DNA of 63,395 nt, the filler included, from Octopus bimaculoides (lineage: Eukaryota): assembly GCF_001194135.2 (NCBI RefSeq). It is 5 parts of 5 records of this genome, joined end to end, with 100 filler letters (N's around TTAATTAATTAA, not from the genome) between each part and the next. Parts side by side here need not be neighbours in the genome. Positions count along the whole stretch, not along the records: positions 43,164 to 55,316 come from NC_069009.1; positions 55,417 to 58,712 come from NC_068984.1; positions 58,813 to 63,395 come from NC_068983.1; 2 more parts are not named here. One strand, written 5' to 3'. Of this stretch, positions 50,826-63,106 are shown piece by piece. The translations under genes and the position numbers were made by a program. Every line of letters starts with the position of its first letter. The stretch's first letter is position 1. The notes beneath the pieces are model-generated. The model worked only from the letters and a program-made list of their open reading frames with translations, was not told where the DNA came from and did not search any database.

Positions 50826-52034
50826 GGCATTTGCTTATTATCATTTCTTATTCTAGACACATCAGGTACTGCTTNNNNNNNNNNNNNNNNNNNNNNNNNN
50901 NNNNNNNNNNNNNNNNNNNNNNNNNNNNNNNNNNNNNNNNNNNNNNNNNNNNNNNNNNNNNNNNNNNNNNNNNNNNNNNNNNNNNNNNNNNNNNNNNNNN
51001 NNNNNNNNNNNNNNNNNNNNNNNNNNNNNNNNNNNNNNNNNNNNNNNNNNNNNNNNNNNNNNNNNNNNNNNNNNNNNNNNNNNNNNNNNNNNNNNNNNNN
51101 NNNNNNNNNNNNNNNNNNNNNNNNNNNNNNNNNNNNNNNNNNNNNNNNNNNNNNNNNNNNNNNNNNNNNNNNNNNNNNNNNNNNNNNNNNNNNNNNNNNN
51201 NNNNNNNNNNNNNNNNNNNNNNNNNNNNNNNNNNNNNNNNNNNNNNNNNNNNNNNNNNNNNNNNNNNNNNNNNNNNNNNNNNNNNNNNNNNNNNNNNNNN
51301 NNNNNNNNNNNNNNNNNNNNNNNNNNNNNNNNNNNNNNNNNNNNNNNNNNNNNNNNNNNNNNNNNNNNNNNNNNNNNNNNNNNNNNNNNNNNNNNNNNNN
51401 NNNNNNNNNNNNNNNNNNNNNNNNNNNNNNNNNNNNNNNNNNNNNNNNNNNNNNNNNNNNNNNNNNNNNNNNNNNNNNNNNNNNNNNNNNNNNNNNNNNN
51501 NNNNNNNNNNNNNNNNNNNNNNNNNNNNNNNNNNNNNNNNNNNNNNNNNNNNNNNNNNNNNNNNNNNNNNNNNNNNNNNNNNNNNNNNNNNNNNNNNNNN
51601 NNNNNNNNNNNNNNNNNNNNNNNNNNNNNNNNNNNNNNNNNNNNNNNNNNNNNNNNNNNNNNNNNNNNNNNNNNNNNNNNNNNNNNNNNNNNNNNNNNNN
51701 NNNNNNNNNNNNNNNNNNNNNNNNNNNNNNNNNNNNNNNNNNNNNNNNNNNNNNNNNNNNNNTGCCGAAATTCCTTCAGAAAATCATCCAAAAAGAATTT
51801 TATCATTATTAATAAATTATAGGGTGGCAAAGAAAATTTTAGAAATTTTATTTACCACCAGTGGTCTAGCGAGAGTAAAAACAACAGTCAATAGACTATG
51901 TATTATTCATTTGAAATGCAGAGACGCCTATAATAGGACATCTACTCGCTAGAAATAGCAGCAAAAATACTACATACCACAAAAGTTAGGGATAATTTCG
52001 AAAGGAAATGAAAAATAAAAACTTTTACCAATCT

Positions 52035-52768
52035 ATATTCTGGAACAAATCAACCCCCAGGACTTATTCTTTATAAGCCTAGTACTTATTCTATTGGTCT
52101 CTTCTGCCAAAACGCGAAGTTACAGGGATGTAAACACACCAACATCAGTTTATCAAGCAATGGTGGGGGGACAAACATACACACACACACACGCATGACG
52201 GGCTTCTTTCAGTTTCCGTCTACCAAATCCACTCACAAGGATTTGGTTGGCTCGAGGCTATAGTAGTAGACACTTGCCCAAAGTGCCACGCAATGGGACT
52301 GAACCTAGGACCATGTGGTTGGTAAGCAAGCTACTTACCACATAGCCACTCCTGTGCCTATATATATGTATATATTCTTTTATTCTTTTACGTGTTTCAC
52401 CCACTTGACTGCGGTCATGCTGGAGTCAAAGAAATCATCCCCAGGACTTACTCTTTTGTAAGCATAAAACTTATTCTATCAGTCTATTTTGCCAAACCGC
52501 TAAGTCACAGGGACATAAACACATCAGCATCGGCTGTCAAGCGATGTTGGGGGGACAAACACAGACACACAAACATACACACATACATATATATATGTAT
52601 ATACATATATACGACAGGCTTCTTTCAGTTTCCGTCTACCAAATCCACTCACAAGGCTTTGGTTGGCCCGAGACTATATTAGAAGACACTTGCCCAAGGT
52701 GCCATGCAGTGGGACTGAACCCGGAACCATGTGGTTGGTAAGCAAGCTACTTACCACACAGCCACTTC
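52035..52768 (-). mobile_element. Two tandem near-full-length SINE-A copies (about 52035-52340 and 52375-52768)
   Basis: Both halves present in each copy. Confidence 0.88.
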
Positions 52769-52999
52769 TGCTATCATGTCTATCATTCTTAATTTTAAAG
52801 CCTATATCACGTGATTCGCAGCACAGACGTGACTGCTATATCTAGCTCTTTGTGTGACCTTATAGGTGCTCCTTTGCGAGTTCTTGTTTCTCGTGTAATG
52901 GCGGCGTGTTCAATACTCGGGTCTTCATCTGGTATGACTCTCATATATCTTTTCTCATGCCAAAATACCCGCCCTGTCCCATATGCCGCCAAAGTCCAT

Positions 53000-53246
53000 C
53001 CTCTCCCTCATTCATCTCTCTCTCTCTCTCTCTCTCACCCATCTTTTTCATGCCCCTTCTGTTCTCCCCCTCCCCTCCTCCAACCGCCACCCTTATACAC
53101 AAATGTGTCGGCTGCTGCATTCTTGAAATGGGTCTATTATGGTCTTATGAAGATTTATGGGGTCGCATGCTCTCTCTCTCTCTCTCTCTTGCTCTCTACT
53201 TATCGCTCTCTCTTTTTCTCTCTCTGTCTATCTCTCTGTCCTTTGC

Positions 53247-53298
<52 letters not shown>

Positions 53299-54500
53299 TG
53301 CTATTTCATTCCGCTTTTCCTCTCTTTTGTTCCCTTTACTTATTGTCTCCTTCCCTCTCTTTCTCTCTCTACTCCTCAGTCTCTCCCTCTATCTCTCCCT
53401 TTGTCTGTGTCACCCTCTCTCTCTCTCCATCAATCTCTCCCACTGCCTCTCCTTCAATATTTCCCCCTCTCTGTCTCACTCTCACTCACTCTCTCTCAGC
53501 GATTTCACCTCCTTCTCTGTACATTGTACTGTTTCACTCCCTTTCCTCTCCACCTCTTTCTGTCTCCCCTTCTCTCTCTTTCCCTTCCTAAATCTCTCCC
53601 TCTGTCAATCTCTCTCTCTCTCCCCCTCTGCTGTTTCTTCTTCTCTAGGTACCTTGTATTATTGTTTCACACTGTCCCTCTCTGTTTCACCACCTCTCTC
53701 TCTCTCTCTCTCTTCCTCAATCTCTCCCTCTGTCTATCTGTCTGTCTCTCTCAATATCTCTCTCTCTCAATATCTCTCTCTCTCAATATCTCTCTCTCTN
53801 NNNNNNNNNNNNNNNNNNNNNNNNNNNNNNNNNNNNNNNNNNNNNNNNNNNNNNNNNNNNNNNNNNNNNNNNNNNNNNNNNNNNNNNNNNNNNNNNNNNN
53901 NNNNNNNNNNNNNNNNNNNNNNNNNNNNNNNNNNNNNNNNNNNNNNNNNNNNNNNNNNNNNNNNNNNNNNNNNNNNNNNNNNNNNNNNNNNNNNNNNNNN
54001 NNNNNNNNNNNNNNNNNNNNNNNNNNNNNNNNNNNNNNNNNNNNNNNNNNNNNNNNNNNNNNNNNNNNNNNNNNNNNNNNNNNNNNNNNNNNNNNNNNNN
54101 NNNNNNNNNNNNNNNNNNNNNNNNNNNNNNNNNNNNNNNNNNNNNNNNNNNNNNNNNNNNNNNNNNNNNNNNNNNNNNNNNNNNNNNNNNNNNNNNNNNN
54201 NNNNNNNNNNNNNNNNNNNNNNNNNNNNNNNNNNNNNNNNNNNNNNNNNNNNNNNNNNNNNNNNNNNNNNNNNNNNNNNNNNNNNNNNNNNNNNNNNNNN
54301 NNNNNNNNNNNNNNNNNNNNNNNGTCTCTCTCAATATCTCTCTCTCTCAATATCTCTCTCTCTCAATATCTCTCTCTCTCTTTTCTTCAATCTGTGTCTC
54401 GCTCTGCTTCTCTCTCTCTCTCTCTGCCTCTCTTTCTCTGCCTGTTTGTCTCTTTCTCTCTCTCAGTCATTCCCTTCTCTTTCTCCTTTGTAAACTATTA
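53000..54500. repeat. (CT)n-rich cryptic repeat with 14-mer ctctctctcaatat tandem around a gap
   Basis: Direct reading. Confidence 0.9.
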
Positions 54501-54913
54501 TTACTCCCCCCCCCTCTCTCTCCTTATCTCCATGTCTGGGACATTTTCACCCTCTGACACAAACGTAGACACATACACAAACACACACACACATACACAC
54601 ACACACACACACAACTGTATATACATGCACATACATACACCATCCCGAAAATCTATAGATATATTACACACATCGAACATGGACTTTAAATGATGATGAC
54701 GATGACAATAATGATGACAGTGGTAGTGGTGATGATGATGATGGTAGTGGTGATGATAGTGATGACGACGATGATGATGACAACAATGATAATGATCGTA
54801 ATGACAGTGATAGGCTTACATGCTTATACTTATGAAGTAGAGTCTTAAAAACATTAGCAAACAAAACGCACATAGTTCTGTATATAAATAGATATTTGTG
54901 TGTGCGTGTGTGT

Positions 54914-54947
<34 letters not shown>

Positions 54948-55316
54948 TGCACAATGTAACTGCTACCACATCAGATCAATTCGGTCATTTGTCTTCTAGT
55001 AACACACATTTCAAGATCCTTTGTTGTGGGTTCCATTACCATTTCATACCACAGATGCTTGCAGGAGTCTGTATGTTTATGTGGGAGAGTTTAGGTGTGT
55101 GTGTGTGTATATGTGTGAGTGTACTTCCATGTGTGCGTAATTGCCTGATAAGTTTTCATAAGTCAACAAAGAAGCAGGCACTCATAAATTAGATAATAGC
55201 GCGTGTATATAATTTGCACAATATTATTTATGTTGGCTCATAACAGTTGATTCATGTTACTGAAGGGTTTCATGTTAAAAAGCCATTCAAGCATGGAAGG
55301 GTAATTTAACAGTTGT

Positions 55317-55416
55317 NNNNNNNNNNNNNNNNNNNNNNNNNNNNNNNNNNNNNNNNNNNNTTAATTAATTAANNNNNNNNNNNNNNNNNNNNNNNNNNNN
55401 NNNNNNNNNNNNNNNN
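55317..55416. other. Artificial scaffold join (44N-TTAATTAATTAA-44N)
   Basis: Identical 100-bp construct. Confidence 0.95.
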
Positions 55417-55790
55417 TTGTCTCTGGCTCTGCTAGTATTTTGTTAAAGTTTTCTGCCAGCTTTTTATGCACTCCTGTCAGGTGTTTTAACCAGAAGTTGG
55501 GGATCTTGTCGTGTCCAGGTGCCTTCCAGTTGCTTAGTCTTTGCAGTGTCTGGGTGACCTCTTCAGTTGTTATAGGGGTCCAGAGTTGCCCAGGTGCTAA
55601 GTTCGTTGTTTTAATGGTCCTTTTCTGGGGTTGTTGCTTCACCGACCATATTTGTTTCCAGAATTCTTCAAATTCTTCTGCTGTTGGTGCTGCAGTAATG
55701 TCTATTTTATTTTTACCCAGTTCTTGGTAGAGTTTTTTGGGGTTGGATTTGAACTGTTTGTTTTGTTCAAAGAACTTGAAAAGGGATGAT
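55417..55790 (-). mobile_element. R4/Dong-clade LINE fragment, pre-RT region, open frame, cut by contig end
   Basis: QNKQFKSNPKKLYQEL..EEFEEFWKQIW..ITTEEVTQTLQRLSNWKAPGHDKIPNFWLKHLTGVHKKLAENFNKIL. Confidence 0.85.
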
Positions 55791-56269
55791 AGGATCCTAT
55801 CATCCCTTCTTTTTTATTTGTTCATTATGCCATGTGGGCAGTGTCTGATGATTGTTCTAAGACACCAGACGTGTTAAAAATAAACTCAGTTTGGCATGCC
55901 GTCAGCCCATCACACTAATAGTAGAACATAGCAAAACATATATTGTGTTTATTAAATGATATATATATACATATAAACAATATTAGAAATAAGGATTACT
56001 CCGAAGTAGCAATAGCATTACCTTTAATTCTATAATTGTATCATAATAACATTAAATAAACTAGTACATAAATTTACTTGTCTTTTTTTTACTTTGCTGA
56101 TTTTAATAGCTAGTAGAGTCGACTAGAAGTTGAGCAATCAGTTGAAATAATTGATCTGTTATATTCTTGACAGAAAATTTTAATAGCTTAATCACAATTA
56201 TTTCAAAACACGCATCCAAGAAAAGTACTGTTCACCTTTTAGGATTAAAAGCCATTAATATTTAATTCT

Positions 56270-56960
56270 ATGTTATCTTTTGTTGTGTCTGGGGAGAGTA
56301 ATTTTATTTTAGTGCTTTATTGTTTAACACACTCACCGGTAAAGATTCCAGTCATTTACATATTGATTTTTTCTAAAATTTTCGCTACGTCATGCAACCG
56401 TTTCAGTGGTCGTTGACTCAGGTCCGTTATCCCAGCTGCGTTCTTTTTGTTTGTTTGTGCGCATGTGTGGGTTAGTGTATGTGCGCATACACATGTATGT
56501 ATGTATGTATGTATGCATGTATGTATGTATGTATGTATGTATGCATGCATGCATGCATGTCTGTGTGTACGTTTGTATGTATATACGTTTGTATGTATGC
56601 ATTCTGCTTATTTATGTGTTTGTGTGTTCGTGTTTGTGTGTGCGTTTGTCTGTGTGTGTGTGTACACCTGTATACAGAATACTTACATACAAACGGGTAT
56701 ACATACATACGTATACACACACACACATACATGCATACACACACTTACATACATGCGCACACATACTGATCCACACACATGCGCACAAATAAGCAAAACG
56801 AAGGCAGCTTGGATAACAGACAGAGTCAACGACTATTGAGAAGGTTACAAGACGCAACGAAAAATTTAGGAAAAATAAATGAGTGGAAATTTTACCGGTG
56901 AGTGCGTTAAATAATATGGCACTAAAAGAGAATGACTCTCCTCAGACACAACAAAATATG
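56270..56960. mobile_element. Fold-back element with ~200-bp diverged inverted arms around (TATG)n/(CATA)n
   Basis: 56270-56470 approximately reverse-complements 56770-56960; a third arm-like copy at about 59270-59350. Confidence 0.75.
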
Positions 56961-57092
56961 CTTCAGCACACGAACTCACATAAAGAATGTTGCAAACCAA
57001 ATCCCAAAACGAAATGGATATTATATATTATGATATTATGTTATAGGATGTATCATAAAATGTAATATGATATATAATATAGCATCATAATA

Positions 57093-57930
57093 CAGGGTGT
57101 CCCAAAAGTCACTGGTTGGTTTCAATTTCTAATAACGTCCCTAACTTTACAAACAAATACATAAAAATTTGATACAATATAAAGGTCATAATAGAAATTA
57201 ATATGCACAAGTGAAATTTTGCAACACTACTACATCACATATGGAAAATGACATCACTTAAATGGCAACCATTTTCGGCCTCCCACGCCCATGCTCTTTT
57301 CACAACTTGCACCATAACACCCTCAAAAGTTTCAGACCCCACTTCTCTAATTTCTCTATTGATGTTCTCCTTCAGTTGAATAAGGGTTTCCGGTTTGTTG
57401 ACGTAAATTCTCTCTTTCAGGTATCCATGATTAAGACCTTTTTGTGCACAGCCGTTCAAAGTAGACCTCACACATGATTTCAGCAAGATGGGACAACTGC
57501 TCATACCGCAAGAGAAACAATGCAGTTGTTAGGGCAGTGTTTTGGAGAGAGAACAATCTCCCGCTACGGCAATGTCAACTGGCCTACACGTTCCCGAGAC
57601 TTGACTAACCCGGATTTTTTCCTGTGGGGATAGCTGAAAGAGAGAGTTTACGTCAACAAACCGGAGACCCTGGTGCAACTGAAGGAGAACGTCAATAGAG
57701 AAATCAGATATGTGGGGTCCGAAACTCTTGAGGGTGTTATGTTGCAAGTGTTGGAAAGAGTATCGGCATGCGAAGCTGAAAATGTGATGTAGTAGTGTTG
57801 CAAAATTTGACTTGTGCATATTAATTTCCATTATGTCCTTTATAGTGGTATCAAAATTTCATGCATTTATTTGTAAAGTTAAGGAAGTTATTAAAGATTG
57901 AAACTCATCAGTAACCTTTGGGAAACCTTG
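57093..57930. mobile_element. Palindromic non-autonomous Tc1/mariner derivative (DD41D/rosa-type transposase 3' ends, inverted)
   Basis: TA+CAGGGTGTCCCAAAA left TIR, degenerate right TIR; QQDGTTAHTA..WPTRSRDLTNPDFFLWG*LKERVYVNKP; 41 residues between the second and third catalytic D. Confidence 0.85.
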
Positions 57931-58339
57931 TGTGTCATATATTGCAATATCTAACATCACCTTATATTATAAAGTAAAATGTGCAATAACGATAAATTTT
58001 TATCTGAACAACTGCTTGTAAATGTTGAAGAAGTTTTATTAATCGTAAAAATAGGTTATAAAAAAACATCCACGTTTAATTCTGATTGAAGAAGAACGGT
58101 TAAATTTTCTCAGGTGTTTGCAACCACTACATGAAGAATCTTGTTTTATATAGTTCGTACACAATAGAAAACTACTTTAAAAGTGGCTAGAGTCGTGTGC
58201 GATTGTGTTTATTGTGTAGTAGCTTTTTCAATGAAGACAATTCAAACAGTTAATGGTTTTCTCTTCAAGTAATCCATTATTAAACTTCAGTCTTCGTGGA
58301 CAAACTATAGTTTGTATATCGTTCAAACCGGCATAACTA

Positions 58340-58712
58340 CAGGGTCTTACCCCCCAGACTTTGGGAGGTCATAACTTTCAGAAAAATGAATATTTTTTAA
58401 TGAAACTTTCTATGCATATAGTATTTACTATGTAGAATCCGAATATATCCGGTGAAAGTGTTTTGGAATGTGGGTGGGGGACAATTTTCGGAAATTCCAA
58501 CAGAGTCCACTTAAATTCTTCTTAACTTCCAGGAAAATTAATATCTTTTCGTGAAATTTTCTACAAATATACTTTGATGTATGTACATTTCGAGCATGTA
58601 GGAATTTTGAAGGAAAAAACTGCAGGTTATTTTTGAGAAGCGTTCCCCACTCGGTGGTGTTTCGGAGCAAGTCGTCCATATTTGTTTCATTTTTCTCTAT
58701 TATGTGCGTATG
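58340..58712 (+). mobile_element. Probable Tc1/mariner-type MITE left end, truncated by contig end
   Basis: TA+CAGGGT start; ggtcataactttcagaaaaatgaatattttttaatgaaacttt subterminal-type motif. Confidence 0.4.
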
Positions 58713-58812
58713 NNNNNNNNNNNNNNNNNNNNNNNNNNNNNNNNNNNNNNNNNNNNTTAATTAATTAANNNNNNNNNNNNNNNNNNNNNNNNNNNNNNNN
58801 NNNNNNNNNNNN
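58713..58812. other. Artificial scaffold join (44N-TTAATTAATTAA-44N)
   Basis: Identical 100-bp construct. Confidence 0.95.
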
Positions 58813-59364
58813 GGAGACTGGGGGTGGTGGTGGTGGTGGCGGCGGCGTAGGAGACGATAACAGCAACGACAAGAAGTGATCTTTATAGTTGGTGGAGGTT
58901 TTCGAAGGGTGGAGGTTTTCGAAGGGTGGAGGGCTGCATTGCTGGCTGCAGAAATGATACCAGAACTCTATCGCTGTAATTCAGTCTTCTTCTTCTTCTT
59001 CTTCTTCTTCTGTTGTTGTTGTTGTTGTTGATGTCGCCGTTGTTATTGTTGCTGCTGTTGTCGTGCTGTTGTTGTTATTGTTGTTGTTGTGGTGGTTGTT
59101 TCGCCTTGAGTAGGCTCTGACTGAGAAGATTATAAATCATTGGTTCCTTTTTTTTTTTATGCCTATGGACCCCTTTGATTCCTATTTTATTCTATTTGAC
59201 CTCGCCCTACCCCTACATCCTTTTGACGTTTAAAAAAAATCCCATTACATTTTTATAATAAACATAAGAAATAAGTGGAAATTTTAACGGTGCGTGTGTT
59301 AAATTTTAAGGCACGATAAGAAAATGACTCTCCCCAGACACAACAGAATAAGAAAGTGCATTAC

Positions 59365-59650
59365 TCTTTTACTTGTTTCAGTCATTTGACTGCGGCCATG
59401 CTGGAGCACCGCCTTTAAAGTCGAGGAAATCAACCCTAGAACTTATTCTTTGTAAGCCTAGTAATTATTCTATCGGTCGCTTTTGCTGAACCGCTAAGTT
59501 ACGGGGCCGCAAACACACCAGCATCGGTTGTCAAGCAGACACACAAACATACACACACACAGCCCAAGGTGCCACGCAGTGGGACTGAACCCGGGACCAT
59601 GTGGTTGGTAAGCAAGCTACTTAGCACACAGCCACTCCTGCGCCTATGCA
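59365..59650 (-). mobile_element. SINE-A with internal deletion
   Basis: 3' half joined via (CA)n to cccaaggtgccacgcagtggg. Confidence 0.88.
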
Positions 59651-59867
59651 CACAGTCACTGCTTTGTGGAAGTTATAACCAATTTATGGCCCATAAACTT
59701 TGGCAACAAAATCTTATATGGAACCCCACGGTTGATGCGAACCCTGTTTAAGAACCACAGGTATAAATGACGACAGGTATCCCTAGCTGTAGCCATCGCG
59801 TTCTTATAACATCTGGCATTACAGCTGTTAATAATGTGTCCTCATTTTGTAAGACAGGATAGTTTAA

Positions 59868-60079
59868 CCCTTTAGTGTTTGCATTATTCTACCAAAATTA
59901 ATGCTTTTTCATCCACATTGTTTTGAACTAATCATGCATTATTTTGTAGCTATGAAATTTTGATGAGGTAGCTGTAAATTTTTAAAACGATATTGTAGGG
60001 TTGGTGTGAGAGACCAGATCTGACCAGTTTGAACATAAAACAGGCAGAATACTTTTGGCCGGGTTTAAATGCTAAAGGG
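59868..60079. mobile_element. piggyBac-like MITE (212 bp)
   Basis: TTAA-CCCTTTAG ... CTAAAGGG-TTAA (TTAA at 59864-59867 and 60080-60083). Confidence 0.8.
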
Positions 60080-60330
60080 TTAAGCTGAAATACCTGCTAT
60101 TTCTAGCGACTCTGTTTCCATGTAGAGGATTACACGTTGGCTCATGTTGTTGTTTCTGCTGCTGCTGCTGCTGCTGCTGCCAGTATTGTTATTGGTGGTG
60201 TTGGTAGTGACAGTGAGGTGGGAAGAACGCGAAGGAGGAGGATTGCTACGGATGACGGACTGTGGTGATGGAAAAAAATTGGTGGAGTTGAGATTTGCAG
60301 CGGTGGGCTAAGTATAGTACATAGAATGGC

Positions 60331-60383
<53 letters not shown>

Positions 60384-60615
60384 GGAGTCAGACAGACACA
60401 AACACAGTGACAGAGAGTGAGTGAGAGAAATAGAGCGTTATAGCAGTGATAGCCAGCGGTGGCGACAGTTACGATGGAGGTGGACAAGGATTTAAGCGTA
60501 TGATGTGCTGGGTTAATGACGATGATGGGTGGTAGTGGCGGTGATGAAAGTGTTGGTGGGGATGATGCTGCCAGCGGCGGCGGCGGAGTTGGTGGTGGAC
60601 GGTACTGTTGCGTAT

Positions 60616-60843
60616 GGCGAGCTGGCAGAAACGTTACCCCACCGGGAGAAATGCTTAGCGGTATTTCGTCTGCCACTGCGTTCTGAGTTCAAATTCCGCC
60701 GAGGTCGACTTTGCTTTTCATCCTTTCGGGGTCGATAAATTAAGTACCAGTTACGCACTGGGGTCGATATAATCGACTTAATTCGTTTGTCTGTCCTTGT
60801 TTGTCCCCTCTGTGTATAGCCCCTTGTGGGCAGTAAAGAAATA
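60616..60843 (+). mobile_element. SINE-C, full length
   Basis: Head ggcgagctggcagaaacgtt..gagttcaaattcc (A/B boxes); 15-bp TSD ggtactgttgcgtat / ggtattgttgcgtat. Confidence 0.85.
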
Positions 60844-61115
60844 GGTATTGTTGCGTATGCTGGTACGACAGTAGTGATGTGGATTGTGTTGAGGGATGCA
60901 ACTAGCGTTGTTGATGTGTGGAGAGAAGGAAACCAGTAGTAACGGAATAGGAAGTGGAGGTGTGGGGCGGTGTGTAGTTAGTTATTCAGAGAATGGTGGG
61001 TCCGACGCATGATAGAACTATATATACATGGTGGTGTGTCGTATGGTGGTCCGGAGTATTGCGGTGCAGCGCACAAGTGTATAAATATCCGGTTGTACCG
61101 CGGTGTAGAGTACAA

Positions 61116-61808
61116 CAGTGTTTCTCAAACTATCTGATGTGGCGTACCGGCAGTTTTTTTCCACCCAAATGTGCCAGGGATCGGTAATGTTTCCTAGTAA
61201 TTTATACCGGGAACAATTTATATAATGAATATAATAAAAAGTTGACATTTTTTTTTATCTTATATTTATTTTGTAAACAAGTGGAGGCGCAATGGCCCAG
61301 TGGTTAGGGCAGCGGACTCGCGGTCATAGGATCGCGGTTTCGATTCCCAGACCGGGCGTTGTGAGTGTTTATTGAGTGAAAACGCCTAAAGCTCCACGAG
61401 GCTCCGGCAGGGGATGGTGGCGAACCCTGCTGTACTCTTTCACCACAACTTTCTCTTACTTTCTGTTTCTGTTGTGCCTGTAATTCAAATGGCCAGCCTT
61501 GTCACTCTTCTGTGTCACGCTGAATATCCCCGAGAACTACGTTAAAGGTACACGTGTCTGTGGAGTGCTCAGCCACTTGCACGTTAATTTTACGAGCAGG
61601 CTGTTCCGTTGATCGGAACAACTGGATCCGTAAGCGACGGAGTGCCATTTATTTTGTAAACAAATGATACAATATTACATGAACATTTTATAAGTATTTT
61701 ATAAGCATTTTATAATGTTACTTTCTTTTCTGGAAACTCGCCGCGTACCGGCATATGATTACTCGCCGACCGGCACAGGTCTGCGGACCACCACTTTGAG
61801 TAGCACTG
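61116..61808. mobile_element. hAT-family MITE interrupted by a SINE
   Basis: TIRs CAGTGTTTCTCAAA / TTTGAGTAGCACTG (12/14); no matching TSD. Confidence 0.7.
61281..61646 (+). mobile_element. tRNA-derived SINE-E, full length
   Basis: tRNA-like head ggcgcaatggcccagtggttagggcagcggactcg..ggtttcgattccc; perfect 17-bp TSD atttattttgtaaacaa (61264-61280, 61647-61663). Confidence 0.92.
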
Positions 61809-61923
61809 GATTCGTGAGAGTTTGGTCTACGAAACTGCAGCGTATAGTCACCGAGGATGGTGTTAAGTTGAGTGATGATCTGGTATTTGATGATCAGCTG
61901 TGAGGGCTGTCATGTGTAGAGTG

Positions 61924-62355
61924 CAGTGCTCCGCAATCGGTATGCCGCAGCACACTGGCTTGTCACGAGACGGTGCTAGGTGTGCCGCAGTGTAACCTGA
62001 ATATAATGTTTCCCCTATACTTTCAGTTATATTTTTAGTTCAGATGCGCAACCGAATTTTGAAAAGAATATATACTCTCTCTCTTTTACTCTTTTACTTG
62101 TTTCAGTCATTTTGACTGCGGCCATGCTGGAGCACCGCCTTTATAGTCGAGCAAATCGACCCCAGGACTTATTCTTTGGAAGCCTAGTACTTATTCTATC
62201 GGTCTCTTTTGCCGAACCGTTAAGTTACGGGGACGTAAACACACCAGCATCGGTTGTCGNNNNNNNNNNNNNNNNNNNNNNNNNNNNNNNNNNNNNNNNN
62301 NNNNNNNNNNNNNNNNNNNNNNNNNNNNNNNNNNNNNNNNNNNNNNNNNNNNNNN

Positions 62356-62400
<45 letters not shown>

Positions 62401-62465
62401 TACAACGGGCTTCTTTCAGTTTCCGTCTACCAAATCCACAAGTGAAAAGGGGTTGCGGAGCACTG
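61924..62465. mobile_element. hAT-family MITE interrupted by SINE-A (about 62075-62438, minus)
   Basis: Perfect 13-bp TIR CAGTGCTCCGCAA / TTGCGGAGCACTG; TSD gtagagtg / gtatagtg. Confidence 0.85.
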
Positions 62466-62478
62466 GTATAGTGTACAG

Positions 62479-62615
62479 CAGTGGTTCCCAGAGTGGGATT
62501 TAATGCCCCCTCCCCCCCCGCCGCCTCTGGAGGAGGTGGAAAGATCCGGTGGGGAGGGCATTGAAGAAAAGTGGGGCGATAATGGGGTAGCCAAAAAGGG
62601 GCGATGGTTGTATAA
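62479..62615. mobile_element. hAT MITE fragment, same family as 27937-28212
   Basis: CAGTGGTTCCCA start; gaagaaaagtggggcgataatggggtagc reverse-complements 28115-28145. Confidence 0.75.
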
Positions 62616-62639
62616 ACATCAAAATAATGGGTTATTAAC

Positions 62640-62815
62640 TTTTATCCTTTGCTTGTTTCAGACAGCGACTATGCTGAGGCACCGCCGAGAAGAATTTTTA
62701 GTCGAAAGAATCGTCCCCCAGCACTTTTTTTTAAAGCCTGGTACTTATTATATCGGTCTCTGTTGCCGAAACGCCATGTCACGGAGACGTGAATACACTA
62801 ACACTGGTTCACTCA
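62640..62815 (-). mobile_element. SINE-A 3' fragment
   Basis: ttgtttcagacagcgactatgctgaggcacc..aagcctggtacttatt. Confidence 0.7.
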
Positions 62816-62842
62816 GCTGGCAAAAATGAATAATCCTGCGAT

Positions 62843-62876
62843 CGACCAGTGTCTCGACCAGTGTCTCGACCAGTGA
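62843..62876. repeat. 12-bp tandem (cgaccagtgtct) x about 3
   Basis: Direct reading. Confidence 0.85.
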
Positions 62877-63007
62877 CGATGATGATGGCGGTATGGCGAT
62901 GCCGGTGTATGCTGAATGGTAAAAGTGTTCTGTTTGGTGCAACAGGTGATAAGTACTACGAGGTGGTAGACTTGGTTATGTTAGCGGCAGTCTTGAAGTG
63001 AACTGGG

Positions 63008-63049
<42 letters not shown>

Positions 63050-63059
63050 NNNNNNNNNN

Positions 63060-63106
<47 letters not shown>

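Noticed and set aside
36795-54693. Long ORFs of 250-595 aa in the ORF track
   Set aside because: They span N gaps and tri- or dinucleotide repeats (poly-H/I/S/L); artefacts
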